From positions 1 to 31,079 of the IMG/VR virus record IMGVR_UViG_3300046811_000086: 31,079 nucleotides of DNA; one strand, given 5' to 3'. Below, piece by piece: positions 15,424 through 24,241 of the stretch (positions are counted from its first letter, which is position 1; every line of letters starts with the position of its first letter). The position numbers were made by a program, and so were the translations under genes. The DNA comes from a virus (lineage: Duplodnaviria > Caudoviricetes). The notes below the pieces were generated by a model that was not told the origin of the DNA, searched no databases, and saw only the letters and a program-made list of their open reading frames with translations.

Positions 15424-15692
15424 CAGGGCACCTCCGGCGGGAGCGGCGAGGTGACATCGACGTGCGTCCCGACCAGCGCCTGCACGATCACCAGCATCGC
15501 CAGCGTCGCATTCAACCGCGCGAGCAGGGCCACGGCCGCCCGCCGCAGGATCAGCGGATCGAAGAGCAGGCCGCTGGTGCTGACCACGTCCGGCACATCC
15601 GGCAAGCCCGCGCCCTGCGCAACGAGAATGATCAGCAGACTGCTCGCCGGAATATCTGGTTTCACGGATTGAATCAGCACCTCGGTATACAT
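15423..15692 (-). CDS. Hypothetical protein, 89 aa
   Basis: Fills the operon gap; translationally coupled to the gp10-like gene. Confidence 0.55.
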   Translation of the reverse strand: MYTEVLIQSVKPDIPASSLLIILVAQGAGLPDVPDVVSTSGLLFDPLILRRAAVALLARLNATLAMLVIVQALVGTHVDVTSPLPPEVP

Positions 15693-15697
15693 GGCGC

Positions 15698-16012
15698 TTA
15701 CCGTTGGATGCGCTGCGCCCAGTCGAGGAAGACGACGACATCCCCAACCGTGCGCAAGCCGTGGTCGATGCCGAGAAAGCGCGCCGCGTAGTGGAGGACC
15801 GCCTGCACCTTGCCCGCGTCCTCAAGGTCGAAGTCGTCGGCGAACTGCGCGACGGGCAAGCCGATCGCCGAGAAGGAGCGATGGACCGCGCGCCGGATGG
15901 CCGGGTCGATGGCCCAGTCCTCCTCCGGCACGGCGTCCGGATCCGCGCCCCACGCCAGCAGAATCGCGCCGAGCCAGCGGCAGAACCGCCGCCACTGCAC
16001 GAGGAGGATCAT
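15698..16012 (-). CDS. Hypothetical protein with a degenerate acyl-carrier-protein-like C-terminus, 104 aa
   Basis: FADDFDLEDAGKVQAVLHYAARFLGI...LRTVGDVVVFL resembles ACP helices II-IV; ATGA coupling upstream. Confidence 0.5.
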   Translation of the reverse strand: MILLVQWRRFCRWLGAILLAWGADPDAVPEEDWAIDPAIRRAVHRSFSAIGLPVAQFADDFDLEDAGKVQAVLHYAARFLGIDHGLRTVGDVVVFLDWAQRIQR

Positions 16013-17151
16013 GCGCCGGCACCCAAGGCCGCGAGCCGATGGATCACCGCCCCGCCGCTGACGTTCGTCGCCGCGCCCCAGGTGATAAACGTGTTGCTCG
16101 CCTTCTGCGATTGAAAGCTGGCGATGTTGTAATCGAGGCTGCGCGCCACGTTCGAGACGCGCGCCTCGTCAATGTCGCCGTTGAAGTTGGCCCACTGAAA
16201 GGGGCCGGTTTCGAGCTCCACGCCGATGGAGGTCGTATCAAGGCCGGCCGGCGTCACGCCCGCGCCTAAAAATGAGGTGTTCGGACTGATGGATACGCCG
16301 TCCATGTGCAGCGCGAGTGATGTCGCATTCGTGAAGACTGCCGCGAGATGGTGCCAGTTCGTATCGACCGTCACCGCGTAAAAGTTAAACTTCGGGTTGT
16401 TGACGTTATTCTCGAGCACCATCAGATACGTGACATGGTCGGACGCTTGCCGCCAGTAAGCGAGCCAGAACGCCTCGTTCCCGGTCGCTTTCGACAGCGC
16501 GACCATGATGCGCTGTTCGGCATCGGCGAAGGTGGTGTCGGAGAGCTTCGCCCAGCAGTCGAGCGTGACCGGGAACGTCGTGGTGGCGACAGCGGACACC
16601 GAGAGATACTTCGCATTGGGGTTGGCCGTGCGGACGAAATGCGCGCCGCCCGCGATGTCCCCTGTCGTCGCCGTCACGCTGTTCGTATTCGTCAGGTTCG
16701 CGGGCGTGGTGGTGCTGCCGGCGAGCGACAGCGTCGAACCGTCACCGAGATGGTAGACGTTCGTGTAGCCGGTGTTCCACGCGGCGGTCTTCCCAAACGC
16801 GCCGCTGTTCGGGTCCGTGGTGATCGTCGCGTCGCCGTAGAACATGTAGAGGACCGTCGCCGACGCGCGGGTCAGCGTCGGGATGTTCACCCACGCCTCG
16901 AGCTTCCCGTTGACGCCGTCATACAGCACGCGCTCGGCCGGATAGCGCGTGGTCTGTGCGACGCTGTCAAAGAAGGCGATGTCGAACCCATCAGGCCGGA
17001 TGACCCCGCCGTTGCTCGTGTCCTTGAGGTCCGTGTCAGCGGCCTGCGGCCCGTAGCCCCGCCCGATGCACAGCGGCCAGGTGGTCGGGTCGCTGCTCAT
17101 CCCGATACTGTTGCTCGCCAGCGTCAGTTGCTTGTATTTCGCGAACGCCAT
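16009..17151 (-). CDS. DUF2341 + LamG/concanavalin-A-like virion protein, 380 aa
   Basis: DGFDIAFFD...LEAWVNIPTL...LYMFYGD (DUF2341-like), VYHLGD, then DTNWHHLAAVF...LHMDGV...FNGDIDEARVSNVARS (LamG). Confidence 0.8.
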   Translation of the reverse strand: MAFAKYKQLTLASNSIGMSSDPTTWPLCIGRGYGPQAADTDLKDTSNGGVIRPDGFDIAFFDSVAQTTRYPAERVLYDGVNGKLEAWVNIPTLTRASATVLYMFYGDATITTDPNSGAFGKTAAWNTGYTNVYHLGDGSTLSLAGSTTTPANLTNTNSVTATTGDIAGGAHFVRTANPNAKYLSVSAVATTTFPVTLDCWAKLSDTTFADAEQRIMVALSKATGNEAFWLAYWRQASDHVTYLMVLENNVNNPKFNFYAVTVDTNWHHLAAVFTNATSLALHMDGVSISPNTSFLGAGVTPAGLDTTSIGVELETGPFQWANFNGDIDEARVSNVARSLDYNIASFQSQKASNTFITWGAATNVSGGAVIHRLAALGAGA

Positions 17152-18576
17152 CTACGCGCCCTTGTAGCCCGCGATCGACGCCTTCGTGCTCGCGCCGGTC
17201 GTGACGTTCTGCACAAAGATGGCGGTCGCCGTCGTCGGTTGTCGCAGCGGCGTGGGAAACGTCACAACCGCGCCACCTTGTGCGGCGGCGGCCGGCACCA
17301 CCCACAGCGTCGTGCCGTTGCTGCCATCCTGAATCAGCACATCGGTGGCCTGCGTGGCGTGCGTATTCGACACCGTGATCGTGGTGATGTAGTTCCGCAG
17401 GCCCGCCGCCGGGGCGGCGACGCACGTCGTGGAGGTGGTGGCCGTCATCTGGCCGCTCGTGACGCCGGAGACAAAATTCTCCGGATTCGCATAGGGCAGG
17501 ACGATCAGCTTGCCCACCAGATCCGCGACCAGTTGCACCATGCGCCCGGTCGTGACCGCACTATTCTCCGCAGAGACGCCCTGCGCGCCCTGGTTCACCG
17601 GATTGGCGCTGACGGCGACGTTCGTCGCGACGTTGCCGCCGACCGCGAGCGTGCCGTTCACGCCGGCCGTCGCCGTGGTTTGCCCGCCGACCTGCGCGAG
17701 ATTCACGGACTGGTTCGCCGGCAGCGCCACGCTATCGGGCGTCACCAGCAGTTTCGTCATGCTCGCGACGCCCTGCACGGTGACGATACCGCCCGCAGGC
17801 GTGCCGGCGGTGCCGGCGCCGACCACGGTCGCATTGAGGGCGGCCGCCGCGGCCTGGGCGACGGTGAGCGGATCGACGTGCTTGACGTAGAGCTCACCCT
17901 TCGAGGTGGACTTCGCGGTGATGTTGTCGCCGTCCGCGCTTACCTCCGACGAGGAGAGCGTGTCGCGCCGCACCGCGATGAGCATCGTGCCGGTGGGATC
18001 GGTGACCGCTGGGACGTCTTCGGTGTATTGCGTCCCGCCGCCAATCGCGGCGGCGTTGTCCACGTTGACGTGCAAGCGGTGATTGACCGAATCCCAGACA
18101 TCGGCCTGGATCTTGTCGAGGCCGCGCAGATGGCTGTTGACCGTGCCGGCGTTGTCCCCGACGACCGCCGGGTCCGTAGTGCTGCCGGTCGCCGCATCGG
18201 CACCGTCGGCGATTGACACCGCACCGGCGGCGCCACCACCACCACCAGCCGCCCCCCCCGTGGCCGCTTCCACCGCGTTCAACGTCACGACGGCGCTGCC
18301 GCTCGTCCACGCCGACATCCGCACTTGCATCGACACCAGCGGCGCCGCCGCCTGCCAGAGGCCGTTCACCGTGGCTTGGGTCGCCGAGACGGTGCCGCCG
18401 ATCGGCGTCGCACTCAGCGCGGCGAACGTCACGCCGTCGATCGACCCCTCAAACTGGACCGTGCCGGCCCAGGTGCCGGTGATCTGGATGCCGAACCCGG
18501 CCAGGCCAGGCGGCGTCAGACGCACCGTGGCACCGACCGAGGCGAGGAGGCCGACGTTCTGTGCGGAGGGCGCCAT
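17152..18576 (-). CDS. Virion fibre/structural protein, Thr/Ala/Gly-rich, 474 aa
   Basis: GIQITGTWAGTVQFEGSIDG N-terminal beta domain, beta-rich C-terminus, located next to the spike-base gene. Confidence 0.6.
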   Translation of the reverse strand: MAPSAQNVGLLASVGATVRLTPPGLAGFGIQITGTWAGTVQFEGSIDGVTFAALSATPIGGTVSATQATVNGLWQAAAPLVSMQVRMSAWTSGSAVVTLNAVEAATGGAAGGGGGAAGAVSIADGADAATGSTTDPAVVGDNAGTVNSHLRGLDKIQADVWDSVNHRLHVNVDNAAAIGGGTQYTEDVPAVTDPTGTMLIAVRRDTLSSSEVSADGDNITAKSTSKGELYVKHVDPLTVAQAAAAALNATVVGAGTAGTPAGGIVTVQGVASMTKLLVTPDSVALPANQSVNLAQVGGQTTATAGVNGTLAVGGNVATNVAVSANPVNQGAQGVSAENSAVTTGRMVQLVADLVGKLIVLPYANPENFVSGVTSGQMTATTSTTCVAAPAAGLRNYITTITVSNTHATQATDVLIQDGSNGTTLWVVPAAAAQGGAVVTFPTPLRQPTTATAIFVQNVTTGASTKASIAGYKGA

Positions 18577-18846
18577 TTAGATCTGGTAGACCGCGACGAG
18601 GTTGGTGGCCGTCGTGTTCGTCGCGTTGATGCGGCGCACCGCGATCGGATAAATCTGCCCGGTGATGACGCCCGACAGCGTGCAGGTCGTGTTGTCGGCC
18701 GTGACCACGACCAGCACGCCGGCGCCGCCGCCGACGTAAACGCCGTCGGTGAGTTGCTTGGTCTGCGTGTAGCGCGTGAGGTCCACCGTGTCGGACGGCG
18801 TGATGACCTCGCACTTGTTCAGCGGGCCGCGTGTCGTGCCAATCAT
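18577..18846 (-). CDS. Head spike base protein (RcGTA Rcc01079-like), 89 aa
   Basis: VITPSDTVDL...GVYVGGGAGVLVV...GQIYPIAVRRINATNTTATNLVAVY matches the family pattern by eye. Confidence 0.7.
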   Translation of the reverse strand: MIGTTRGPLNKCEVITPSDTVDLTRYTQTKQLTDGVYVGGGAGVLVVVTADNTTCTLSGVITGQIYPIAVRRINATNTTATNLVAVYQI

Positions 18847-19593
18847 TTAATAATTCCCGCTTTGAATGTTGTAGCCGTGTTTATGCGCGGGACCGAACGC
18901 CGTCGCGAAATCGTTCGGCAGGTCGCTCAGCCGCTGATTCGCGCGCATGATGTTGGCGAACGTCTCGCGCGCGAGGATCGCGTCTTCCGCCGGCATGTCG
19001 CGGCCATACGGGCCGGCGAGGCGGCGCTCGAGGTTGTAAATGATCGCCTCCTCATAGCCATCAGGAAAGACATAGCTAGTGGTGCTGAGGTCCGCGAAGG
19101 GTCCAAAGTTGAGTTGCACATAAATACCCAGCGAATGCAGCGCATTATTGGGAACCGGCCAGACAAAGACGGTCGGCGCATTCCCAGGGGCACCGATCTG
19201 GAACCAAATAGCGGTCGGTTGTGTGCTGGATAAGCTCTTGATTGGGATGGCGGTATACATGTCGTCCGTCAGAACGGCTAATGGAATCTCAATGGGGGGC
19301 GTCGTCGTCCCCAGCCGCAGCGTCGCAGACTGGATCTGGTTTTGATTCGACGGCGCGGGCACGGTCGTAATATCGCCGGTTGATGCCCACGAATAGGTGG
19401 ATCTCCCTGCCAGCAATGGCACGCTCACGCCAGCGATTGCGGACGACGTCAGCTGCTGCGCCCACGTCCCCATCATCTGATTGAGGATCGCGAGCGCCTG
19501 CGTGCTCTGCGCCGCCGGCAACGTCACGCCTGGCTGGAACACGTTCAAATTCTCGAACGCGCGCGTGATGTAGGTGAGCGCGGTGCCACTCAT
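18847..19593 (-). CDS. Head completion / head-to-tail adaptor (P22 gp4-like), 248 aa
   Basis: ITRAFENLNV...ALAILNQMMGTW N-terminus and VWPVP...FPDGYEEAIIYNLERRLAGPYG C-terminus are typical of this family. Confidence 0.75.
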   Translation of the reverse strand: MSGTALTYITRAFENLNVFQPGVTLPAAQSTQALAILNQMMGTWAQQLTSSAIAGVSVPLLAGRSTYSWASTGDITTVPAPSNQNQIQSATLRLGTTTPPIEIPLAVLTDDMYTAIPIKSLSSTQPTAIWFQIGAPGNAPTVFVWPVPNNALHSLGIYVQLNFGPFADLSTTSYVFPDGYEEAIIYNLERRLAGPYGRDMPAEDAILARETFANIMRANQRLSDLPNDFATAFGPAHKHGYNIQSGNY

Positions 19594-19597
19594 CGCG

Positions 19598-19834
19598 TCA
19601 CGCCGGCTGACAGCGCGCCCGCACGAGGCGCAGCACGGCCGTCAGCGCCTCGAGCTCGTTGCCGATGCCGCTGGCGGCCTGCGGCCACGACGGCGGATTC
19701 TCCGGATACGGGATCGCACTCCAGTTCCCGCGATCCGGCAGCGCATTGAGCGCCGTGAGCGATTTCACGATCACGGTCGGCCGCGTGGGATGGTAGATCC
19801 ATGACGGGAACCCGTCCGGCGTCACGGCGGCCAT
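19598..19834 (-). CDS. Hypothetical virion-associated protein, 78 aa (paralogue of 19835-20167)
   Basis: PDGFPSWIYHPTRPTVIVKSLTALNALP...W...PYPENPP. Confidence 0.65.
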   Translation of the reverse strand: MAAVTPDGFPSWIYHPTRPTVIVKSLTALNALPDRGNWSAIPYPENPPSWPQAASGIGNELEALTAVLRLVRARCQPA

Positions 19835-20167
19835 CTACTCGACCGCCTTTCCTCGCCGGTGCCGCCCGTTCGCCCCGCGCTCGTGCTCGTGCTCGGGTTC
19901 TGGTTCTGGCTCCGGCTCACTCGCCGCGAGCAGCGCGGTCGTCGCCGGCGGCTCGGGCAACCGCTGCGTCAGCAGCAGCAGAATCGCCAGCATCGCCGCG
20001 AGTGGCGTCCCCGGCACGTCGATCGGCGGGCGCTGCGGCGGGTTCTCCGGTGACGGCGTCGTGCCCCAGAAGCCAGGCAGCGCATTGAAGGCGGCGAGGC
20101 TCTGGACGATCACCGCGGGTTCTGTCCGGCTATACACATATGAGGGGTAGCCATTCGGTGCAGCCAT
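19835..20167 (-). CDS. Hypothetical virion-associated protein; start ATG 20167 (MAAPNGYPSYVY)
   Basis: TAATG coupling with the upstream gene; paralogous to 19598-19834. Confidence 0.65.
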   Translation of the reverse strand: MAAPNGYPSYVYSRTEPAVIVQSLAAFNALPGFWGTTPSPENPPQRPPIDVPGTPLAAMLAILLLLTQRLPEPPATTALLAASEPEPEPEPEHEHERGANGRHRRGKAVE

Positions 20168-20616
20168 TACTTCTCCTTCGGTTTCGGTTGCGCCCATGAC
20201 GCCAGGCCGCTTTTCGGCGGGATCGGCGTCACCGGCACGGACGGCATGTGTCCGGAATAGTCGGCTTCAGCGGCGCGCACTTCGGCGGCGGCTTTCTCTG
20301 ACAGCTTGTATTTGATCTCGTGCTCGCGCTCGGCCGCGAGCTTCGCGAATTCGAGCGCCTGCGCCTCGTGCGCGTCGATCGCCTCGAGCGGCGTCGGCCG
20401 GAAGCCGCGCCCGCGGAGCGCGTCGGCCTGGAGCTCGTCGTCGGCGATCTGTGACTCCATCGGCGCGGTCGTGCTCGGCGACAGCGCGCGATACAGCATC
20501 ATCGGGTATTCGCGAAACACCCACGGGCGCTCGCCTGGGCCGAGCTCGGACGGGTGCGCTTCCCACTTTCTACGCTCTTTGGCGAACGCGCTTTCGGGCG
20601 AGTGGAGGATTGACAC
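20167..20616 (-). CDS. Hypothetical head-module protein, 149 aa
   Basis: EYPMMLYR...QIADDELQADALRGRGFRPTP followed by a coiled-coil-like segment; in operon. Confidence 0.7.
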   Translation of the reverse strand: MSILHSPESAFAKERRKWEAHPSELGPGERPWVFREYPMMLYRALSPSTTAPMESQIADDELQADALRGRGFRPTPLEAIDAHEAQALEFAKLAAEREHEIKYKLSEKAAAEVRAAEADYSGHMPSVPVTPIPPKSGLASWAQPKPKEK

Positions 20617-20629
20617 TTGTTTTACCTTT

Positions 20630-20661
20630 CGAGCGCCTGCCTAAAACAGCGCAGGCGCTCG
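20630..20661. other. Perfect 11-bp stem-loop downstream of the decoration gene
   Basis: CGAGCGCCTGC (20630-20640) / GCAGGCGCTCG (20651-20661) with a 10-nt loop. No U-tract follows on the minus strand, so it is more likely an mRNA stability or attenuation element than a classic terminator. Confidence 0.55.
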
Positions 20662-20675
20662 TTGAGACATCTCAA

Positions 20676-21308
20676 CTACGTGACGACCACGCCGACCGCA
20701 CCCGCCACGTTCCAGAGGCCGTTCTCAGCAATGAGCGTGAGCGTGGCGCCCTTGAACGCCGCGAATGTCGCGGTGGTATGCGGCGAGCCCGTCACGGCAT
20801 CGCCCAGCAGCGTCGTCGCCGTCACGACATGCGCGAACGCCGTCTGCGAGGTGATCACCACGCGCGTGCCGTTCAACGAGAGCGAGGGCGCCGCCAGCGT
20901 CAGCGCTGCCGCGGAGCCTTTGTTGATGTTGTAGACGACCGGGCCGAGCGGCTGCGGAATCGCCCCATCGGCGCCGAGCGTCACTGGGTTGTCGATCGCG
21001 GGATCGATCAACACGATCTGCCCTGGCGCAATCTGGCCGAAGTCGTTCGGGTTGCTCGAGGTGATGACCGGCGCGAGCACATCGTGTGCGGCAGCCACGG
21101 TGCCTTCGCTGCCCCGGCAGCGCACGGTGATCGTGTTCGTCGCCGGCACGCCGGTGAGAAACATCAGCTCGCCATCGATCTGGATCGCTTGCGGCGGCTG
21201 CGCGTTCTGCGTGCCGACGGTCGGAAAGCCGGTGCTGGTGCTGGTGACGCCGAACGTGGTCACCGAGGCCGTGATGGCTGACGTGAGCGTGGTTTGTGTC
21301 AGGGCCAT
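20676..21308 (-). CDS. Putative capsid decoration/accessory protein, 210 aa
   Basis: Thr-rich beta protein (TTLTSAITAS...IQIDGELM...VRCRGSEGTVAAAH); first same-strand gene after the coat gene; AGGA RBS. Confidence 0.6.
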   Translation of the reverse strand: MALTQTTLTSAITASVTTFGVTSTSTGFPTVGTQNAQPPQAIQIDGELMFLTGVPATNTITVRCRGSEGTVAAAHDVLAPVITSSNPNDFGQIAPGQIVLIDPAIDNPVTLGADGAIPQPLGPVVYNINKGSAAALTLAAPSLSLNGTRVVITSQTAFAHVVTATTLLGDAVTGSPHTTATFAAFKGATLTLIAENGLWNVAGAVGVVVT

Positions 21309-21336
21309 GTTTTACGTCCTATGGTAAAATATTGTC

Positions 21337-22044
21337 ATGCCGCCATTACGCGACCTGACGGGGTTGATCGTGGGACAACTGACCGTGCTGCACCGTGCGC
21401 CGAATCTCGGTCAGCGTGCGGCGTGGGCGTGTGCCTGCGCCTGTGGCACTCAGATCGCCGTGCGTGCGGAATCGTTGTTGACCGCCAACACACGCTCGTG
21501 CGGCTGTTGGAAGCGATCGGAAGCGAAACGCCGCCGAGAGAAACCGAAGCCACAGCCTGGTGACCGCTTTGGACGACTGACCGTGCTGGCCTTCTTGGGC
21601 AAGCAGACGCGGTATCCTCGCGTGCGCTGCCAATGCGATTGCGGACAGATCACCGAGCCGCATTGGTATAACCTTAAAAGCGGCAACACGCGCTCGTGTG
21701 GCTGCTGGCACGAAGAGATCATCAGCGCTCGATTCACGACGCACGGACGATCGAGAACACCCGAATACGTCGCCTGGAAACAGCTTAAAACGCGCTGTCT
21801 GCTCGCCACTGGTAAAGACTTTCCACTCTACGGCGGTCGTGGCATTCGTGTGTGCGACCGCTGGCGTTCGTCGTTCGCGAATTTCCTCGCCGACATGGGG
21901 CCACGGCCGACGCCGGGGCATTCCATGGACCGCATCGACCCAGAGGGGCATTACGAACCGACCAATTGTCGATGGGCGACACCCCGCGAACAACGCCTGA
22001 ACCAGCGGCGGATGCATCACGACACTAAACGCAACGCGAAGTAG
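21337..22044 (+). CDS. Free-standing HNH-type homing endonuclease, antisense to the head operon, 235 aa
   Basis: Two G.LTV...CxCxCG...NTRSCGCW repeats, then HGRSRTPEYVAW..LKTRC...YGGRGIRVCDRW..SFANFLADMG.RP...SMDRIDPEGHYEPTNCRWAT..EQ..N. Confidence 0.85.
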   Translation: MPPLRDLTGLIVGQLTVLHRAPNLGQRAAWACACACGTQIAVRAESLLTANTRSCGCWKRSEAKRRREKPKPQPGDRFGRLTVLAFLGKQTRYPRVRCQCDCGQITEPHWYNLKSGNTRSCGCWHEEIISARFTTHGRSRTPEYVAWKQLKTRCLLATGKDFPLYGGRGIRVCDRWRSSFANFLADMGPRPTPGHSMDRIDPEGHYEPTNCRWATPREQRLNQRRMHHDTKRNAK

Positions 22045-23243
22045 GGCAACACGGCGGCCACTCCCCCGATGCTGTCTATTCTGCTTGGTTGCTGATCAGT
22101 CTGGATGTTGTACTGCTCAACGAAACGGAGCGAGATCCCCGTTTCCTTATCGTTCTTGCGCGCCGCATTCGCGCCCGGCAGTTTCGCGGGGAGATCGACC
22201 ATCACAAAAGCGAACGCGGCAGGGTTAAAGAGGAGCGACTGCTTGCTGCTCTGCGCCGACATCGTGCCGGCGACCGCGCCCGTGGCGCCGACCACTAAGA
22301 TGCTCGCGTTGTTCGCGGGCGAGGCCGTCACGGTCTGCAGCGCGCCGCTCGTGATAATCGGCGGGCTGAACGTCAGCGTTGCGGTGCTCGTGCCAGCGAC
22401 ATCCGCCTGCAACACGAACTGTTGCAAGTCGCCGGTGTCGATGTAGGACACCGGATTCACGGCATTGACGCCCGCGATCGTAAACACGTCGCCGGCCTTC
22501 AAGGCGTAGGTGCCCCAGCCGCTGGTGGTGACGGTCGACCCGGTCTGCCCTGCGCTGTTCACCAGCGGCGTGCTCGCGGTGAAGGTGCCGGTCGTGTGCG
22601 TCGGCACGTTCGGATCCCAATACCATTCGTCCACGCCCATCGCCGCGCCCGAGAACTGGCCGGTCTTCCAGTAGGTCGTGATCTGATTTTGGGGATTGAA
22701 TTGCGTGAACGCGGTTTTCAGAATCGCGCTCTGCGATTTCGGGTCGAGCACCGCCACGAATTTATCGGGCACGCCGACGTTGCGGAGTTTCGCGACCGCA
22801 TCGGTATACGTGCCTTCCGCTGACAGCGGGGTGCCGGGGGAGCCGGCCAAGTAATAGACCGACTTGTAGACTTCAGCGCCGGCGACGACATCCCATTTGT
22901 TCGCCTGTGCGGCGCCGGCGGGCTTCGTGTAGCGGTCCTGCACTTCCTCAACGAGGAGTCGGTCATCCGCAGAGGACCACCCCATCCCCACCTGCATTTG
23001 ATGGTTAATCGTGATCGGGACGGTCTGATTGAAAATCGCCTGCTGCACGAGCGCCTGGCCTTCAGTGACGACGAAGCGCTGTTGAATGCGCGCCTGCACC
23101 GTGTAGCCGATCTTCGCGCCGCCGGGATCGTTCTCCCAGGTGCGATCCCACGAGCGATCGAACTGGCCGATTAGTTTGAGGTTGTTCTTAAAGTTGACGG
23201 CGACGTCGGTTGTGACCCAGGACGGCGAAATGAAAGTATTCAA
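22017..23243 (-). CDS. Major capsid protein, P22 gp5 coat family, 408 aa (TTG start)
   Basis: MNTFISPSWVT...NNL...DRSWD...GAKIGYTVQAR, LKAGDVFTIAGVNAVNP...LQQFV and GISLRFVEQYNIQTD...RIDSIGG are characteristic of the family. Confidence 0.9.
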   Translation of the reverse strand: MNTFISPSWVTTDVAVNFKNNLKLIGQFDRSWDRTWENDPGGAKIGYTVQARIQQRFVVTEGQALVQQAIFNQTVPITINHQMQVGMGWSSADDRLLVEEVQDRYTKPAGAAQANKWDVVAGAEVYKSVYYLAGSPGTPLSAEGTYTDAVAKLRNVGVPDKFVAVLDPKSQSAILKTAFTQFNPQNQITTYWKTGQFSGAAMGVDEWYWDPNVPTHTTGTFTASTPLVNSAGQTGSTVTTSGWGTYALKAGDVFTIAGVNAVNPVSYIDTGDLQQFVLQADVAGTSTATLTFSPPIITSGALQTVTASPANNASILVVGATGAVAGTMSAQSSKQSLLFNPAAFAFVMVDLPAKLPGANAARKNDKETGISLRFVEQYNIQTDQQPSRIDSIGGVAAVLPYFALRLVS

Positions 23244-23269
23244 GGTCTGCCCCTGCGGCAGACGATCCG

Positions 23270-24241
23270 TTACGCGCGACGACGACCGTTGCGGTAGTAG
23301 AACTGTTCGTGCGCCGCAAGCGAGGCGTCATCACCCGGCGGTTCGTCACCACCGCGCATCGGACCTGTCCGCACCGGATTAGGCGGGCGTGGGACCTGAG
23401 ATGTCATCACGGGCGCAGTAGCCGATCCGGTGCCGGCAGCTACACTGCGCGTGGAGGGAGACGGCGCAGCGAGGTGCTGCGAAATGAGCGCGAGCGTTTC
23501 GAGTTGATCGAGCGGCGACTGCGCGAGCACGCGCGGGAGCTCGCCGGGAAATTTTTGGAAGTAGTAGAGGACGTCGGCGCCGGTGCGGTGTTCCCAGACC
23601 CAGCGGTCGATTAGCGAGCCTTGCGGAATCGCGGAGGGCGCATTGAGCGCGACGTCGTTGAAATCGGGATACCGTTCCTGCGCGCTCGCCACCTTCTGTT
23701 GGAACGTCTGCGCGAACTGGCGCTCGGCCTGCTGCTGCTGCTGCTGCTGTTCGCGGCGCCGGTAGGTCCAGTCGGCCATCGCTTCCGCGTGCCGCTCGAC
23801 GGCCAGGTTGTAGTCCTCGTCGGGCTTCAACTGGTCGATGAAGCCCTGGAGCCTAGGCGCCTGCGTCGGCGCATTGGCGGGTGGCGCGGCGGGCCGCGGG
23901 GCGGGTGCGGGCGCCGGCGCGGCGCGGCGCAGCGACTCGAGTTCGGCTTCGCGCTCGCGCAGGCGCTTGGTTAATTCGTTGATGCGGGGGGCGTCGGCCG
24001 GCGTGGCGGCGTGGCTTTTCGCGCGCCGGCCCTTGAAGCGGCCCTGTTCATCGCGCTCGCCCGCCGCCGGCTCGGCGCCGTCTGCGCTTGAGGTCGCGGA
24101 CGGCTCTGGAGCGTCGGCGGCGGGCGCGTCACGGTCGTTCTGCCCGTGGTATTGGGCTTCGTGGTCGCTCAGCGACAGTTCGGCCGGTTCGGCGGGGGGA
24201 CTGCCGGCGTCAGCGCTGGGAACCGGGAGCTCGTCGGCCAC
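23270..24241 (-). CDS. Scaffolding protein, 323 aa
   Basis: Directly upstream of the coat gene; acidic/Pro-rich N-terminus, ERDEQGRF, RINELTKRLRE coiled coil, ERYPDFNDV and a basic C-terminal tail. Confidence 0.75.
   Translation of the reverse strand: MADELPVPSADAGSPPAEPAELSLSDHEAQYHGQNDRDAPAADAPEPSATSSADGAEPAAGERDEQGRFKGRRAKSHAATPADAPRINELTKRLREREAELESLRRAAPAPAPAPRPAAPPANAPTQAPRLQGFIDQLKPDEDYNLAVERHAEAMADWTYRRREQQQQQQQAERQFAQTFQQKVASAQERYPDFNDVALNAPSAIPQGSLIDRWVWEHRTGADVLYYFQKFPGELPRVLAQSPLDQLETLALISQHLAAPSPSTRSVAAGTGSATAPVMTSQVPRPPNPVRTGPMRGGDEPPGDDASLAAHEQFYYRNGRRRA

Noticed and set aside
13912-15825. 637-aa version of the gp10-like ORF, and extended starts of 8994..10709, 2660..3274 and 29144..29791
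   Set aside because: The extensions overlap upstream coupled genes; internal ATGs at or just after the upstream stop codons are more plausible.
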